Source: Gammaproteobacteria bacterium (lineage in GTDB: Bacteria; Pseudomonadota; Gammaproteobacteria; SZUA-229). From it: a stretch of DNA of 37,172 bases. The stretch is taken from assembly GCA_029881425.1 (NCBI GenBank), contig JAOUMO010000001.1:1-37172 (forward strand), given 5' to 3'. Under the pieces are notes generated by a model that was given only the letters and a program-made list of their open reading frames with translations, was not told the DNA's origin and did no database searches. A program made the translations under genes and the position numbers. Shown here piece by piece: positions 10,109 to 18,761 of the stretch (the stretch's first letter is position 1; each line of letters starts with the position of its first letter).

Positions 10109-10534
10109 ATGCTCTGGATTAAAGCCTTTCACGTTATTTTTATGGTCACCTGGTTTGCCGGCCTGTTTTATTTACCACGGCTATTTGTTTACCATGCCAT
10201 GTCTGATGACGCGACAAGTATCGAGCGTTTTAAAATAATGGAACGCAAGCTGTTCTACGGCATCATGACGCCGGGGGGCATCATCACCCTGGCACTTGGC
10301 CTGTGGATGCTATTTGACTACGCACTGGAGAGTTATTCCGGTTCCTCCTGGCTGGATACCAAGCTGCTACTGGTTGCCATCCTGATTGGCTATCATGTGT
10401 ATTGCTGGAAGCTGCTACAGGATTTTAAATATGACAGGAACCGACATGGCCACGTATGGTATCGCTGGTTTAACGAGTTTCCAGTAATTTTACTGGTACT
10501 GATAGTGATACTGGTGATAGTGAAACCCTTCTAG
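10109..10534 (+). CDS. hemJ: protoporphyrinogen oxidase HemJ (UPF0093/CopD-like membrane protein)
   Basis: 141 aa. The N-terminus WIKAFHVIFMVTWFAGLFYLPRLFVYH is characteristic of HemJ. Four predicted TM helices. Confidence 0.85.
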   Translation: MLWIKAFHVIFMVTWFAGLFYLPRLFVYHAMSDDATSIERFKIMERKLFYGIMTPGGIITLALGLWMLFDYALESYSGSSWLDTKLLLVAILIGYHVYCWKLLQDFKYDRNRHGHVWYRWFNEFPVILLVLIVILVIVKPF

Positions 10535-10553
10535 TTATTTGAGAATTTCACGT

Positions 10554-11054
10554 TCAGATTTTTTTCTGCTTTATTGGTACATCTTGAAGTACATATGGCT
10601 CGAGTTCAGATAATGCCTTTTTGTATACCTTGCGTTTAAAAAACACCACTTCATTCATGGGCTGCCAGTAGTCCACCCACTGCCAGTGATCAAATTCAGG
10701 CTTTTCAATCGCACTAAGATTAAAATCACTGTCTGAACCGATAAGCTTCAGCACAAACCAGATCTGCTTCTGCCCAATACAAACAGGGTTGGTGTTTTTA
10801 CGAATCATGTGCTTTGGCAGTTTATAACGCAACCAGTCACCGGTTTTGGCCATCATATCAACATGCTCTGGCAGCAACCCGGTTTCTTCAAATAATTCTC
10901 GATACATGGCCTGATCCGGTGTTTCATCATTACGTATGCCACCCTGAGGAAACTGCCAGGCGTTCTGTCCACAACGACGCGCCCAGAAAACCTTGCCTTC
11001 AGCGTTGCTTAAAATGATGCCAACATTGGGCCTATATCCATCTGAATCAATCAC
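10554..11054 (-). CDS. rppH: RNA pyrophosphohydrolase (Nudix)
   Basis: N-terminal MIDSDGYRPNVGIIL and Nudix box GGIRNDETPDQAMYRELFEETGL. 166 aa. Confidence 0.9.
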   Translation of the reverse strand: MIDSDGYRPNVGIILSNAEGKVFWARRCGQNAWQFPQGGIRNDETPDQAMYRELFEETGLLPEHVDMMAKTGDWLRYKLPKHMIRKNTNPVCIGQKQIWFVLKLIGSDSDFNLSAIEKPEFDHWQWVDYWQPMNEVVFFKRKVYKKALSELEPYVLQDVPIKQKKI

Positions 11055-11183
11055 TTACAATTACCTGTCTTCAGTCCTATGTGTATTTTTACAAAAAAAG
11101 TAGCCACTCTGCAATGACTGATTGGTACAATATAAACTATAGACGTTGTTTATCATATAGCCTTCTCACACAAAGGAATATTT

Positions 11184-11840
11184 ATGGCTCTTGCCCTGTT
11201 TGATCTCGATAACACCCTGCTGGCCGGTGACAGCGATTATCTATGGGGCGTATTTCTTGCCGAGCAGGGCATAGTCGACCGAGGCTATTATGAGGCAGAA
11301 AACCAGCGTTTTTATGATGAATACAAACAGGGCACACTGGATATTTTCGAATTCCTTGCATTCTCACTCAAGCCACTGGCAGACAATGAACCTGGGGTGC
11401 TACGCGCACTACAACAACAATTCCTGGATGAAAAAATCCGCGCCATTATGAGCCCAGACTCATTTGCCCTCATTGAAAAACACAAACAATCTGGTGATGT
11501 ACTGGCGGTGATTACTGCGACCAATAGTTTTGTTACCGGCCCCATCGTCAAGGCCTTTGGCATTGATAACCTACTGGCAACGGAACCGGAAATGAATGGC
11601 GGGCATTATACCGGGAAGGTTGCCGGTACCCCCTGTTTTCAGCAGGGCAAGGTTGAACGCCTGAATGAATGGCTCATGGAACAGGGCATGACCCTGGAAG
11701 ACAGCTGGTTCTACAGCGACTCCCACAATGACCTGCCATTACTGAAACAGGTAACCCATCCTGTCGCCGTAGACCCGGATGAACAACTACTGGATTATGC
11801 AAAGCAGGCGAACTGGCCCATTATCAGTCTCAGGGACTGA
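11184..11840 (+). CDS. HAD-IB family hydrolase (phosphoserine-phosphatase-like)
   Basis: Motif I is FDLDNTLL. A cap-domain insertion follows, then ITATN and a C-terminal YSDSHNDLPLL motif. Confidence 0.8.
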   Translation: MALALFDLDNTLLAGDSDYLWGVFLAEQGIVDRGYYEAENQRFYDEYKQGTLDIFEFLAFSLKPLADNEPGVLRALQQQFLDEKIRAIMSPDSFALIEKHKQSGDVLAVITATNSFVTGPIVKAFGIDNLLATEPEMNGGHYTGKVAGTPCFQQGKVERLNEWLMEQGMTLEDSWFYSDSHNDLPLLKQVTHPVAVDPDEQLLDYAKQANWPIISLRD

Positions 11841-11841
11841 A

Positions 11842-12681
11842 TCAGGATAACAGGGCATCCCTGGAAGCCTCGAACTGCTGACCCGCCTTCTCCAGCACCT
11901 GCGGCAATATCTCCGCACCCAGGCCAGCACTTTCCCAGATAGCAGTATCAATTTCAGCATCGGCCGCAAGCTGTGGATCACGCTCACCATGGTATCGCTG
12001 AATCTGGTTGGCAAGGTGAATCAGCCAGGCTGCATCACGACTATCTTTCGGTGCCTTTTCAGGATAAAGATGGAACTCAACTGCCTGGCAGAGAATCGGA
12101 GGCAGGCTCCATTTTTTCAATAACAGGCCACCCACTTCCGCATGGTTATATCCGATGATATCCGACTCCCGCTGCCAGACAGGGGCATCACTCTCCTGCT
12201 GTAACACCTGGGTCATCTCATCGGGTAAACGTAAATACATCAACAGGGAGCCAATATCGTGCAGTAATCCGGCAATAAAATAACGCTCGATCTCCCTGTC
12301 CCTGCGATAGGCTGCCAATACGCGCGCCACCACGGCGGTATAGAGACTACGTTTCCAGAATACCGGCATACTCACCAACTCGGTGGGAATACCATCAAAT
12401 ACCTTAACCGCCGATGCCGCCAGTACAACGCTACGGAGCTCACGGTGCCCAAGCAATGCGATAGCACGATAGACCGTATCCACCTTGGCGGCGAAACCAT
12501 AGAAGGGGCTATTCACCAGTTTTAACAGGCGCGCAGTCAGTGCGGGGTCATCATTGACGATACGACCGATCATGGTCGCGGTGGAATTAGGGTCGTCCAT
12601 CACCTCGAAGACACGGAACACAATAGCCGGCAGGGTGCCGAGGCTACTGCTTTTTTCAACCAACTTTTCTAAACTGAGCAA
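11842..12681 (-). CDS. HDOD domain-containing signalling protein
   Basis: HDOD pattern: LPAIVFRVFEVMDDPNSTATMIGRIVNDDPALTARLLKLVNSPFYG...AIALLG...LLHDIG. A TTG start is inferred because no in-frame ATG precedes the domain. Confidence 0.8.
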   Translation of the reverse strand: MLSLEKLVEKSSSLGTLPAIVFRVFEVMDDPNSTATMIGRIVNDDPALTARLLKLVNSPFYGFAAKVDTVYRAIALLGHRELRSVVLAASAVKVFDGIPTELVSMPVFWKRSLYTAVVARVLAAYRRDREIERYFIAGLLHDIGSLLMYLRLPDEMTQVLQQESDAPVWQRESDIIGYNHAEVGGLLLKKWSLPPILCQAVEFHLYPEKAPKDSRDAAWLIHLANQIQRYHGERDPQLAADAEIDTAIWESAGLGAEILPQVLEKAGQQFEASRDALLS

Positions 12682-12777
12682 GACAGCTAACCTTTATATG
12701 TTTAAAAGTATCCCTGTCTTATATAGACCATAGTTAACGTGCTGGCATGTTAACTACCGAACATTCTCATGATTCAA

Positions 12778-13347
12778 TCAGGCTTTTGGCAGTGTTACCC
12801 CGGTCTGTCCCTGATATTTACCCGCACGGTCACCATAGGAGGTTTCGCAGACTTCATCGGATTCAAAAAATAGCATCTGGGCGACGCCTTCATTGGCATA
12901 AATTTTTGCGGGTAGCGGCGTCGTGTTCGAGAACTCGAGCGTTACATGGCCTTCCCATTCCGGCTCCAGCGGTGTGACATTAACGATAATACCGCAACGG
13001 GCATAGGTCGATTTACCGAGACACACCGTGAGCACGCTACGGGGAATGCGGAAATATTCGACGGTACGTGCCAGTGCAAATGAATTGGGCGGGATAATGC
13101 AGACATCGGCATTCACATTAACAAAACTATTGTCATCAAAATTCTTGGGGTCAACAATGGCCGAGTTGATATTGGTAAAAATCTTGAATTCACTGGCACA
13201 ACGCACATCATAACCATAACTGGAGGTACCGTAAGATATCAGCCGCTCCTGGTTGCCATTGGTACGCACCTGGCCGGCCTCAAAAGGCTCAATCATGCCT
13301 TCATTTTCTGCCATGCGGCGTATCCACTTGTCTGATTTGATGCTCAT
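12778..13347 (-). CDS. dcd: dCTP deaminase
   Basis: 189 aa. The N-terminus [13 protein letters not shown]...GMIEPF and the central YGTSSYGYD motif are typical of Dcd. Confidence 0.93.
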   Translation of the reverse strand: MSIKSDKWIRRMAENEGMIEPFEAGQVRTNGNQERLISYGTSSYGYDVRCASEFKIFTNINSAIVDPKNFDDNSFVNVNADVCIIPPNSFALARTVEYFRIPRSVLTVCLGKSTYARCGIIVNVTPLEPEWEGHVTLEFSNTTPLPAKIYANEGVAQMLFFESDEVCETSYGDRAGKYQGQTGVTLPKA

Positions 13348-13444
13348 GTTTTAATACTCACCCTGTCTTATTCGATTGTCTTTGCCTGGTTCTGACCTTA
13401 AAAATCCCTATGCACTATTAAGTTGCCGCACATCCATAAACGAC

Positions 13445-13476
13445 GAATGCCGCCAGTTTTGCAACTGGCGGCATTC
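13445..13476 (-). other. perfect 14-bp stem / 4-nt loop hairpin downstream of apbC (weak terminator or RNA-stabilising element)
   Basis: GAATGCCGCCAGTT-TTGC-AACTGGCGGCATTC. On the minus strand it is followed only by GTCGTTTATGG, a poor U-tract. Confidence 0.4.
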
Positions 13477-13515
13477 TATCACAGTCAATCGGAATTCCTA
13501 TTCCGAGTCTACAGA

Positions 13516-14604
13516 TCAGTTGTTCTGAATAACGATATTCGGGAACTTGGCGCTGTAATCCTTCGCCTGCAGGGCCAGTTTGGCTGAGGTACGACGTGCA
13601 ATTTCACGGTAGATGTTGGCCACTGTGCCATTCGGATCATCGGCAACAGACGGTGTGCCTTCATCGCCATTGGTACGAATAGAAATATCCAGCGGCAGGG
13701 CGCCGAGGAAATCCACATCATAATCTTCGGACATTTTCTCACCGCCACCCTGGCCGAAGATAGGCTCCGCATGGCCACACTCTGAACAAATGTGCACACT
13801 CATATTTTCGATGATACCCAGTACCGGCACTTCAACCTTTTCAAACATCTTCAGGCCCTTGCGTGCATCCAGCAAGGCGATATCCTGGGGCGTAGTAACA
13901 ATAACGGCACCACTCACAGGCACTTTCTGCGCCAGTGTTAGCTGCACATCACCGGTACCCGGTGGCAGGTCGATGACCAGGTAATCCAGGTCTTTCCAGC
14001 CCGTATCACTCAATAACTGTTCCAGTGCCTGGGTAACCATCGGGCCGCGCCAGATCATGGGGGTTTCGTCGTCGATCATGAAACCGATCGACATCGCCTG
14101 CAGGCCGTGGCCCTGCATAGGCTCCAGTGTCTTGCCATCGGCCGACTCGGGCTTGGCTGTGATACCCAGCATACGGGGCACACTGGGACCGTAGATATCC
14201 GCATCCAGGATACCCACATTCGCACCCTCTGCCTTCAGTGCCAGCGCCAGGTTAACCGCCGTAGTGGATTTACCCACACCACCCTTACCGGATGCTACAG
14301 CAATGATATTCTTGATATTTTCCAGGGGTTTCAGGCTAGATTGCACAGAGTGAGCAATAACATGGGTGCTAATTTCGATATTTGCCTTAGCAACACCATC
14401 AATCGCCTCGACCTGCTTTTTCAATTCTTCGGTCAGTTTGGCATGGTGGCCACTAGCAGGGAAACCCAGCACAACTTTGAATGAAACCTGGTCACCATTG
14501 ACCTCGATATCACGAATCACATTGGCCGCCATCAGATCCTTTTCCATGTAAGGATCAATATATTTTCTTATTGCATCTTCAACCTGTTGTTGTGAAACGC
14601 TCAT
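13516..14604 (-). CDS. apbC: iron-sulfur cluster carrier protein ApbC/Mrp
   Basis: Deviant Walker A SGKGGVGKST, CSECGH (CxxC) motif and an N-terminal DUF59-like domain. It is divergent from metG, as in E. coli. Confidence 0.92.
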   Translation of the reverse strand: MSVSQQQVEDAIRKYIDPYMEKDLMAANVIRDIEVNGDQVSFKVVLGFPASGHHAKLTEELKKQVEAIDGVAKANIEISTHVIAHSVQSSLKPLENIKNIIAVASGKGGVGKSTTAVNLALALKAEGANVGILDADIYGPSVPRMLGITAKPESADGKTLEPMQGHGLQAMSIGFMIDDETPMIWRGPMVTQALEQLLSDTGWKDLDYLVIDLPPGTGDVQLTLAQKVPVSGAVIVTTPQDIALLDARKGLKMFEKVEVPVLGIIENMSVHICSECGHAEPIFGQGGGEKMSEDYDVDFLGALPLDISIRTNGDEGTPSVADDPNGTVANIYREIARRTSAKLALQAKDYSAKFPNIVIQNN

Positions 14605-14859
14605 AATAGTAACTCCAGAACCTGAATGTAATAGCAGGACCCGCTAAACCGGGACCCCACGGAAATTTGTGACGTATAGTACACCAGCCCGATGCGCTTA
14701 TAACCCCACCTTTATAGATATAAACAGCGTCTTTTACGCCGCCGAACAGGCTAACTGGGGGCTAAATGCACAATTTCAAGCACAAAGTGACGCTTACTAG
14801 TGAAAATCAATCGCCAAAATGCTACTTTATGCGCCCTCGAAACCTGATTTGAACAAACC

Positions 14860-16899
14860 ATGACCCAAGACACACACCCGGCACGCAAAATACTCGTTAC
14901 CAGCGCCCTACCCTATGCCAATGGCCCGATCCACCTCGGACACCTGGTCGAATATATCCAGACAGATATCTGGGTCCGTTTCCAGAAGATGCGTGGTCAT
15001 GCGTGCTATTACGTCTGTGCCGATGATGCCCACGGCACGCCTATTATGCTACGCGCCCGCCAGGAGGGTATTGAGCCCGAGCAGCTGATCGAAAAGACCC
15101 ATGCGGAGCATGCCGCTGACTTTGCCGACTTTAATATCAGGTTTGACAACTACTACACCACCCATTCCGACGAAAATAAAGATATCGCCTGCACCATCTA
15201 CAATCGCCTCAAGGCGGATGGCCATATAGATGTTCGCACCGTGCGCCAGGCCTATGACCCGGAAGCCGAGATGTTCCTGCCGGATCGATTTGTTAAGGGC
15301 ACCTGCCCCAAATGCGGTGCCGAGGACCAGTACGGCGATAACTGTGAGGCCTGTGGCACCACCTACTCGCCCACGGACCTGATTAACCCAAAATCAGCAG
15401 TATCGGGCGCCACCCCTGTCGAGAAAGATTCCGAGCAGTTTTTCTTCAAGCTCGGCGACTTCCAGGGCTTCCTCGAAAAATGGCTGGATGCGGGCCACAC
15501 CCAGACTGAAATTGCCAATAAACAGAAAGAATGGTTTGAAGAGGGCCTGCAGGACTGGGACATTTCCCGCAATGCCCCCTACTGGGGTTTTGAAATCCCC
15601 GATGCGCCGGGTAAATATTTCTATGTGTGGATGGATGCCCCGATGGGCTACATGGCCAGCTTTAAAAACCTGTGTGACAGGACCGGTCTCGATTTTGATG
15701 AATTCTGGGGTCAGGACTCAAAGGCCCAGGTTGTGCATTTTATTGGTAAGGATATTGCCCGCTTCCATACCCTGTTCTGGCCGGCGGTATTACATGGTGC
15801 TGGTTTCCGTACGCCCTCATCGGTGTTCTGCCACGGCTTCCTTACCGTCGATGGCCAGAAGATGTCCAAGTCCCGTGGCACCTTTATTATGGCGCGCACC
15901 TACCTGGATCACCTGCAGCCGGAATATTTACGCTATTACTATGCCGCCAAACTGTCATCCGGTGTCGATGATATTGACCTGAACCTGGAAGACTTCCAGC
16001 AACGCGTTAACTCGGACCTGGTCGGCAAGGTAGTCAATATCGCCAGTCGCTGTGCCGGCTTTATTATGAAGAAATTCGACGGCAAGCTCTCATCCCAGCT
16101 ACCTTCGCCCTCGCTACAACAGGAGCTGGTCGCTGCCGGGGAAGCCATTGCCGAACATTTTGAGCATCGTGAATATAGCCGTGCTGTTCGCGAGATCATG
16201 GCACTGGCCGATCGCGCCAACCAGTACATCGATGAACAGAAGCCCTGGGCAAAAATCAAGGAAGAGGGCAAGGAACAGGAAGTTCACGACACCTGCACCC
16301 AGGGCATCAACATGTTCCGCGTGCTGGTGATTTACCTCAAGCCGATACTGCCGGAGCTAGCACAAAAATCTGAAGACTTTTTAAACTGTGGCGAGCTAAG
16401 CTGGCAGCAGCTGGATCAGCCCCTGCTCGATCATGCCATCAGCAAATTCAAACCGCTGATGACCCGCGTCGAAAAAGAATCTATAGATAAGATTATTGAA
16501 GCCACAAAACAGCACATGGCGACACAGGCCAAAGCAGCAGTTACGGGCCCGCTGGTGGATGAGCCGATTGCAGCAGAAATTGAATTCGATGATTTTGCCA
16601 AAATTGATTTACGTATTGCGCGGATCGTCAAGGCGGAACATGTAGAAAAAGCCAACAAACTGCTGCAACTGACGCTGGATCTGGGTGGTGAAACCCGTAA
16701 TGTATTCGCCGGCATCAAATCGGCCTACGAGCCAAAGGACCTGGAAGGTAAACTCACCGTCATGGTCGCCAACCTGAAACCACGCAAGATGAAATTCGGC
16801 ATGTCGGAAGGCATGGTACTGGCGGCGGGGCCTGGGGGTAAGGATCTATGGATACTGAACCCCGATGATGGGGCACAACCCGGGATGAAAGTAAAATAG
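14860..16899 (+). CDS. metG: methionine--tRNA ligase (long form with C-terminal tRNA-binding domain)
   Basis: HLGH and KMSKS motifs, zinc knuckles CPKCG...CEACG and a C-terminal EMAP/Trbp111-like domain. 679 aa. Confidence 0.96.
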   Translation: MTQDTHPARKILVTSALPYANGPIHLGHLVEYIQTDIWVRFQKMRGHACYYVCADDAHGTPIMLRARQEGIEPEQLIEKTHAEHAADFADFNIRFDNYYTTHSDENKDIACTIYNRLKADGHIDVRTVRQAYDPEAEMFLPDRFVKGTCPKCGAEDQYGDNCEACGTTYSPTDLINPKSAVSGATPVEKDSEQFFFKLGDFQGFLEKWLDAGHTQTEIANKQKEWFEEGLQDWDISRNAPYWGFEIPDAPGKYFYVWMDAPMGYMASFKNLCDRTGLDFDEFWGQDSKAQVVHFIGKDIARFHTLFWPAVLHGAGFRTPSSVFCHGFLTVDGQKMSKSRGTFIMARTYLDHLQPEYLRYYYAAKLSSGVDDIDLNLEDFQQRVNSDLVGKVVNIASRCAGFIMKKFDGKLSSQLPSPSLQQELVAAGEAIAEHFEHREYSRAVREIMALADRANQYIDEQKPWAKIKEEGKEQEVHDTCTQGINMFRVLVIYLKPILPELAQKSEDFLNCGELSWQQLDQPLLDHAISKFKPLMTRVEKESIDKIIEATKQHMATQAKAAVTGPLVDEPIAAEIEFDDFAKIDLRIARIVKAEHVEKANKLLQLTLDLGGETRNVFAGIKSAYEPKDLEGKLTVMVANLKPRKMKFGMSEGMVLAAGPGGKDLWILNPDDGAQPGMKVK

Positions 16900-17160
16900 C
16901 CTGATAACTAAACCGACACCGGGCGCAAGCGACAAAGAAAAGCTTCACGCAAATAAAAATTGTAGTTTTACTGACAGACTAACCGATACAAAAAATAATA
17001 ATCGTGTATTAATTTAAGGCACGCTTTTATTTGCGCTGGTTGCGTTCATTTGCGTTTTGATTGCTTTTAAAACCGTCAAATGTCTAACCAAGATTGGGGG
17101 TGAAAGCTAGCCACATAACACCTAACTCCCACCCCATCCCGGCCCCCATTGACCGGCTGC

Positions 17161-17466
17161 CTACATTGAAAAGGCGTCTTTAGGGATATGGCGAAACTCT
17201 TCTTCTATTACCATATCGAACAAATTGTCGAGGGTCTGTGCTTTTTCAAGATCCGGATGGATGCCGTCAAAATAATCGGCAATTGCATCGGCCAGGGCTT
17301 CCTGCTGTGCTGTATCCATATGCAAATCTGAGCGTAAATTAAGGCTTAACTCGATAGCATCCTGATCGACACCAAACACATCCTCGATAATCGAATTAAA
17401 ACTCATGGCCATTAGCACCTTGACTGTGCCCAGCTCATTCACGTCTTTAAACTTCATACACATCAT
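17161..17466 (-). CDS. small acidic carrier-protein-like protein, paralog 1 (Thr at the Ser position of the DSL motif)
   Basis: About 100 aa. AGGAGG lies just upstream; the ATG at 17463 or 17457 has better spacing than the one at 17466. Paralogous to 17626-17937. The segment IIEDVFGVDQDAIELSLNLRSDLHMDTAQQEALADAIADYFD aligns by eye to E. coli AcpP [42 protein letters not shown]. Confidence 0.6.
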   Translation of the reverse strand: MMCMKFKDVNELGTVKVLMAMSFNSIIEDVFGVDQDAIELSLNLRSDLHMDTAQQEALADAIADYFDGIHPDLEKAQTLDNLFDMVIEEEFRHIPKDAFSM

Positions 17467-17570
17467 AACCTCCTGCTAGAACTCGCCTGTCTATGATGAT
17501 TATGAATTAGAATATTACTATTTTCTTATAAAATATTTGATCTAGTTAAACATTTGGCTTAATTTTCACC

Positions 17571-17593
17571 AAAAAAAACGGCTCGGGGCCGTT
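17571..17593 (-). terminator. intrinsic terminator after the pilZ / paralog-2 unit
   Basis: The minus strand reads AACGGC-CCCGA-GCCGTT followed by TTTTTT, about 30 nt downstream of the stop at 17626. Confidence 0.65.
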
Positions 17594-17625
17594 AATAACT
17601 CACTCTGCATCCAATAATTACAACC

Positions 17626-17937
17626 TCAAACAGCCCCTCCCCGCCCTGCAAACTCGACCTCTATAACCTGGTAAAACAGATCATACAGGGTATCTATCTG
17701 ATCGAGGTTCACACTCAAATTATCAAAATATTCGCCAATCATCTCACCCAGCACCGTCTTTTGCTGAACCCCCATACACAGGTCAGTGCGCAGGCTCAAA
17801 TCTGGACGGAGATCATCCAGGTCCCAGTCAAAAACATCGGCCACAATGGAATTAAGACTCATGGTCATAAGTGCCCTGACCGTATCGAGCTCGCTATCAC
17901 CTACCTTAATACACATGATACCTGGATCACACCTCAC
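17626..17937 (-). CDS. small acidic carrier-protein-like protein, paralog 2 (no Ser/Thr at the DSL position)
   Basis: Shares MC(I/M)K...TV(R/K)(A/V)LM(T/A)MS(L/F)NSI(V/I)(A/E)DVF...DL(C/H)M...YFD...D(T/N)L(Y/F)D...(I/V)E(V/E)EF with 17161-17466. The start is either GTG 17937, abutting the pilZ stop, or ATG 17916, which matches the paralog's MCMK N-terminus. Confidence 0.6.
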   Translation of the reverse strand: MRCDPGIMCIKVGDSELDTVRALMTMSLNSIVADVFDWDLDDLRPDLSLRTDLCMGVQQKTVLGEMIGEYFDNLSVNLDQIDTLYDLFYQVIEVEFAGRGGAV

Positions 17938-18276
17938 TTACGGGTGAACAAACATATCCCGGGTTAACTGCTTTCCAAAGATGGGGGCAACCTTCTTTTC
18001 CAGCTCTATCGCTATACCTGAAGGTGACACACGAATCACTTCGCAGGCAAAGCCGGGGGAACGGGTGTTATCGGGGAAAATAATATGTAACTGCCCGGAC
18101 TGGCCAGCAGCCAAATCTGGCTCTGTAGATGCCACCAGTAACAGCACACCCCTGAGGCTAATATCGATTGTTTCTGCCTGGAGCTGAATACCACTATCCA
18201 GTGCCAGTAGCATTTTACGATTGAGATAAATACGCTGACAGGCACGACGATCAAACTGGCTGGTTACAGATGACAT
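17938..18276 (-). CDS. stand-alone PilZ domain protein (predicted c-di-GMP receptor)
   Basis: 112 aa with both PilZ signature elements: RRACQR (RxxxR) and DISLRG (D/NxSxxG). Confidence 0.8.
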   Translation of the reverse strand: MSSVTSQFDRRACQRIYLNRKMLLALDSGIQLQAETIDISLRGVLLLVASTEPDLAAGQSGQLHIIFPDNTRSPGFACEVIRVSPSGIAIELEKKVAPIFGKQLTRDMFVHP

Positions 18277-18364
18277 TTCAATACGAGCTCACGATAAAAT
18301 TAGCAGTCAGGTAATTAATTCATAGCTGATGATATTAAATCAGGATAGCAATATTGACTAAAAT

Positions 18365-18405
18365 AATGATATATATCATTTAAACTTAAGTTTAAGTTTA
18401 AATGA
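18365..18405. promoter_or_regulatory. two overlapping AT-rich palindromes upstream of pilZ (operator-like)
   Basis: AATGATATATATCATT (18365-18380) is a perfect 16-bp palindrome. TCATTTAAACTTAA-GT-TTAAGTTTAAATGA (18376-18405) has 14-bp perfect arms. The two share the TCATT overlap. Confidence 0.4.
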
Positions 18406-18436
18406 CAGCGCATGACAAGGGAGACTGAAAACAGAC

Positions 18437-18463
18437 AAAAAAAAGCCGGCTTTTCAGCCGGCC
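18437..18463 (-). terminator. orphan intrinsic terminator with no annotated gene feeding it
   Basis: The plus strand is AAAAAAAA-GCCGGCT-TTTC-AGCCGGC-C. On the minus strand the 7-bp GC-rich stem is followed by T8. On the plus strand only CCCGTTTTC follows. pilZ lies downstream of it on the minus strand, and rnfA is on the other strand. Confidence 0.6.
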
Positions 18464-18761
18464 CCGTTTTCACGGAATATCCCACGCTATTGCTATTTTG
18501 TTTGACCCGTCCATCCCCAAGCAAATTTAAAAACAAATCCGGCGCAGCATGCCTTATTTATCTTTAATGGGAACTTGCTATTAGAGCAAAACCCCAGTCA
18601 AAGATCAATAGTATTTATCATTTAATAGACACAACTAATCCCTCTCTTTATTGCGGTTTATATTTCACAATTTACTCATATACTCGTCAGAACGCAGTGT
18701 GCGAAATAGCCTGTTTCGGGTTACACTTGCGCATTAAAAAATTTCCAGGTATCACGTCTAA

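Noticed and set aside
11838-11844. Convergent HAD and HDOD genes whose stop codons are separated by a single nucleotide (TGA-A-TCA)
   Set aside because: It is real, but tight convergent packing is common. With no room for terminators it only implies 3' overlapping transcripts, so it is not worth a separate finding.
15488-15982. 164-aa alternative-frame ORF inside metG, plus similar long shadow ORFs at 19329-19951 (antisense to rnfB), 21009-21615 (rnfC region), 22802-23256 (rnfG), 24053-24493 (nth), 32582-33100 (btuC-like) and 35904-36257 (btuB)
   Set aside because: All are embedded in genes with unambiguous family motifs. They have no start context and show low-complexity or Arg/Ser/Pro-rich composition typical of off-frame translation.
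17022-17034. Identical 13-mer CGCTTTTATTTGC shared with 25765-25777, raising the idea of a dispersed repeat
   Set aside because: The flanks do not align at all. Exact 13-mer coincidences are expected by chance when both strands of a 37-kb AT-leaning window are compared. This is not enough to call a repeat family.
18362-18382. Fur-box-like sequence AATAATGATATATATCATTTA
   Set aside because: The arms resemble GATAATGAT / ATCATTATC, but the centre is 3 nt too long for the 19-bp Fur box. It also does not fit the 7-1-7 model. It is reported only as a generic palindrome.
18315-18567. 73-aa minus-strand ORF (18315-18536, TTG start) and a 51-aa plus-strand ORF (18412-18567) in the pilZ-rnfA spacer
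   Set aside because: Both run straight through the terminator hairpin and the palindromes, lack an SD and have odd composition. The region is better explained as non-coding.
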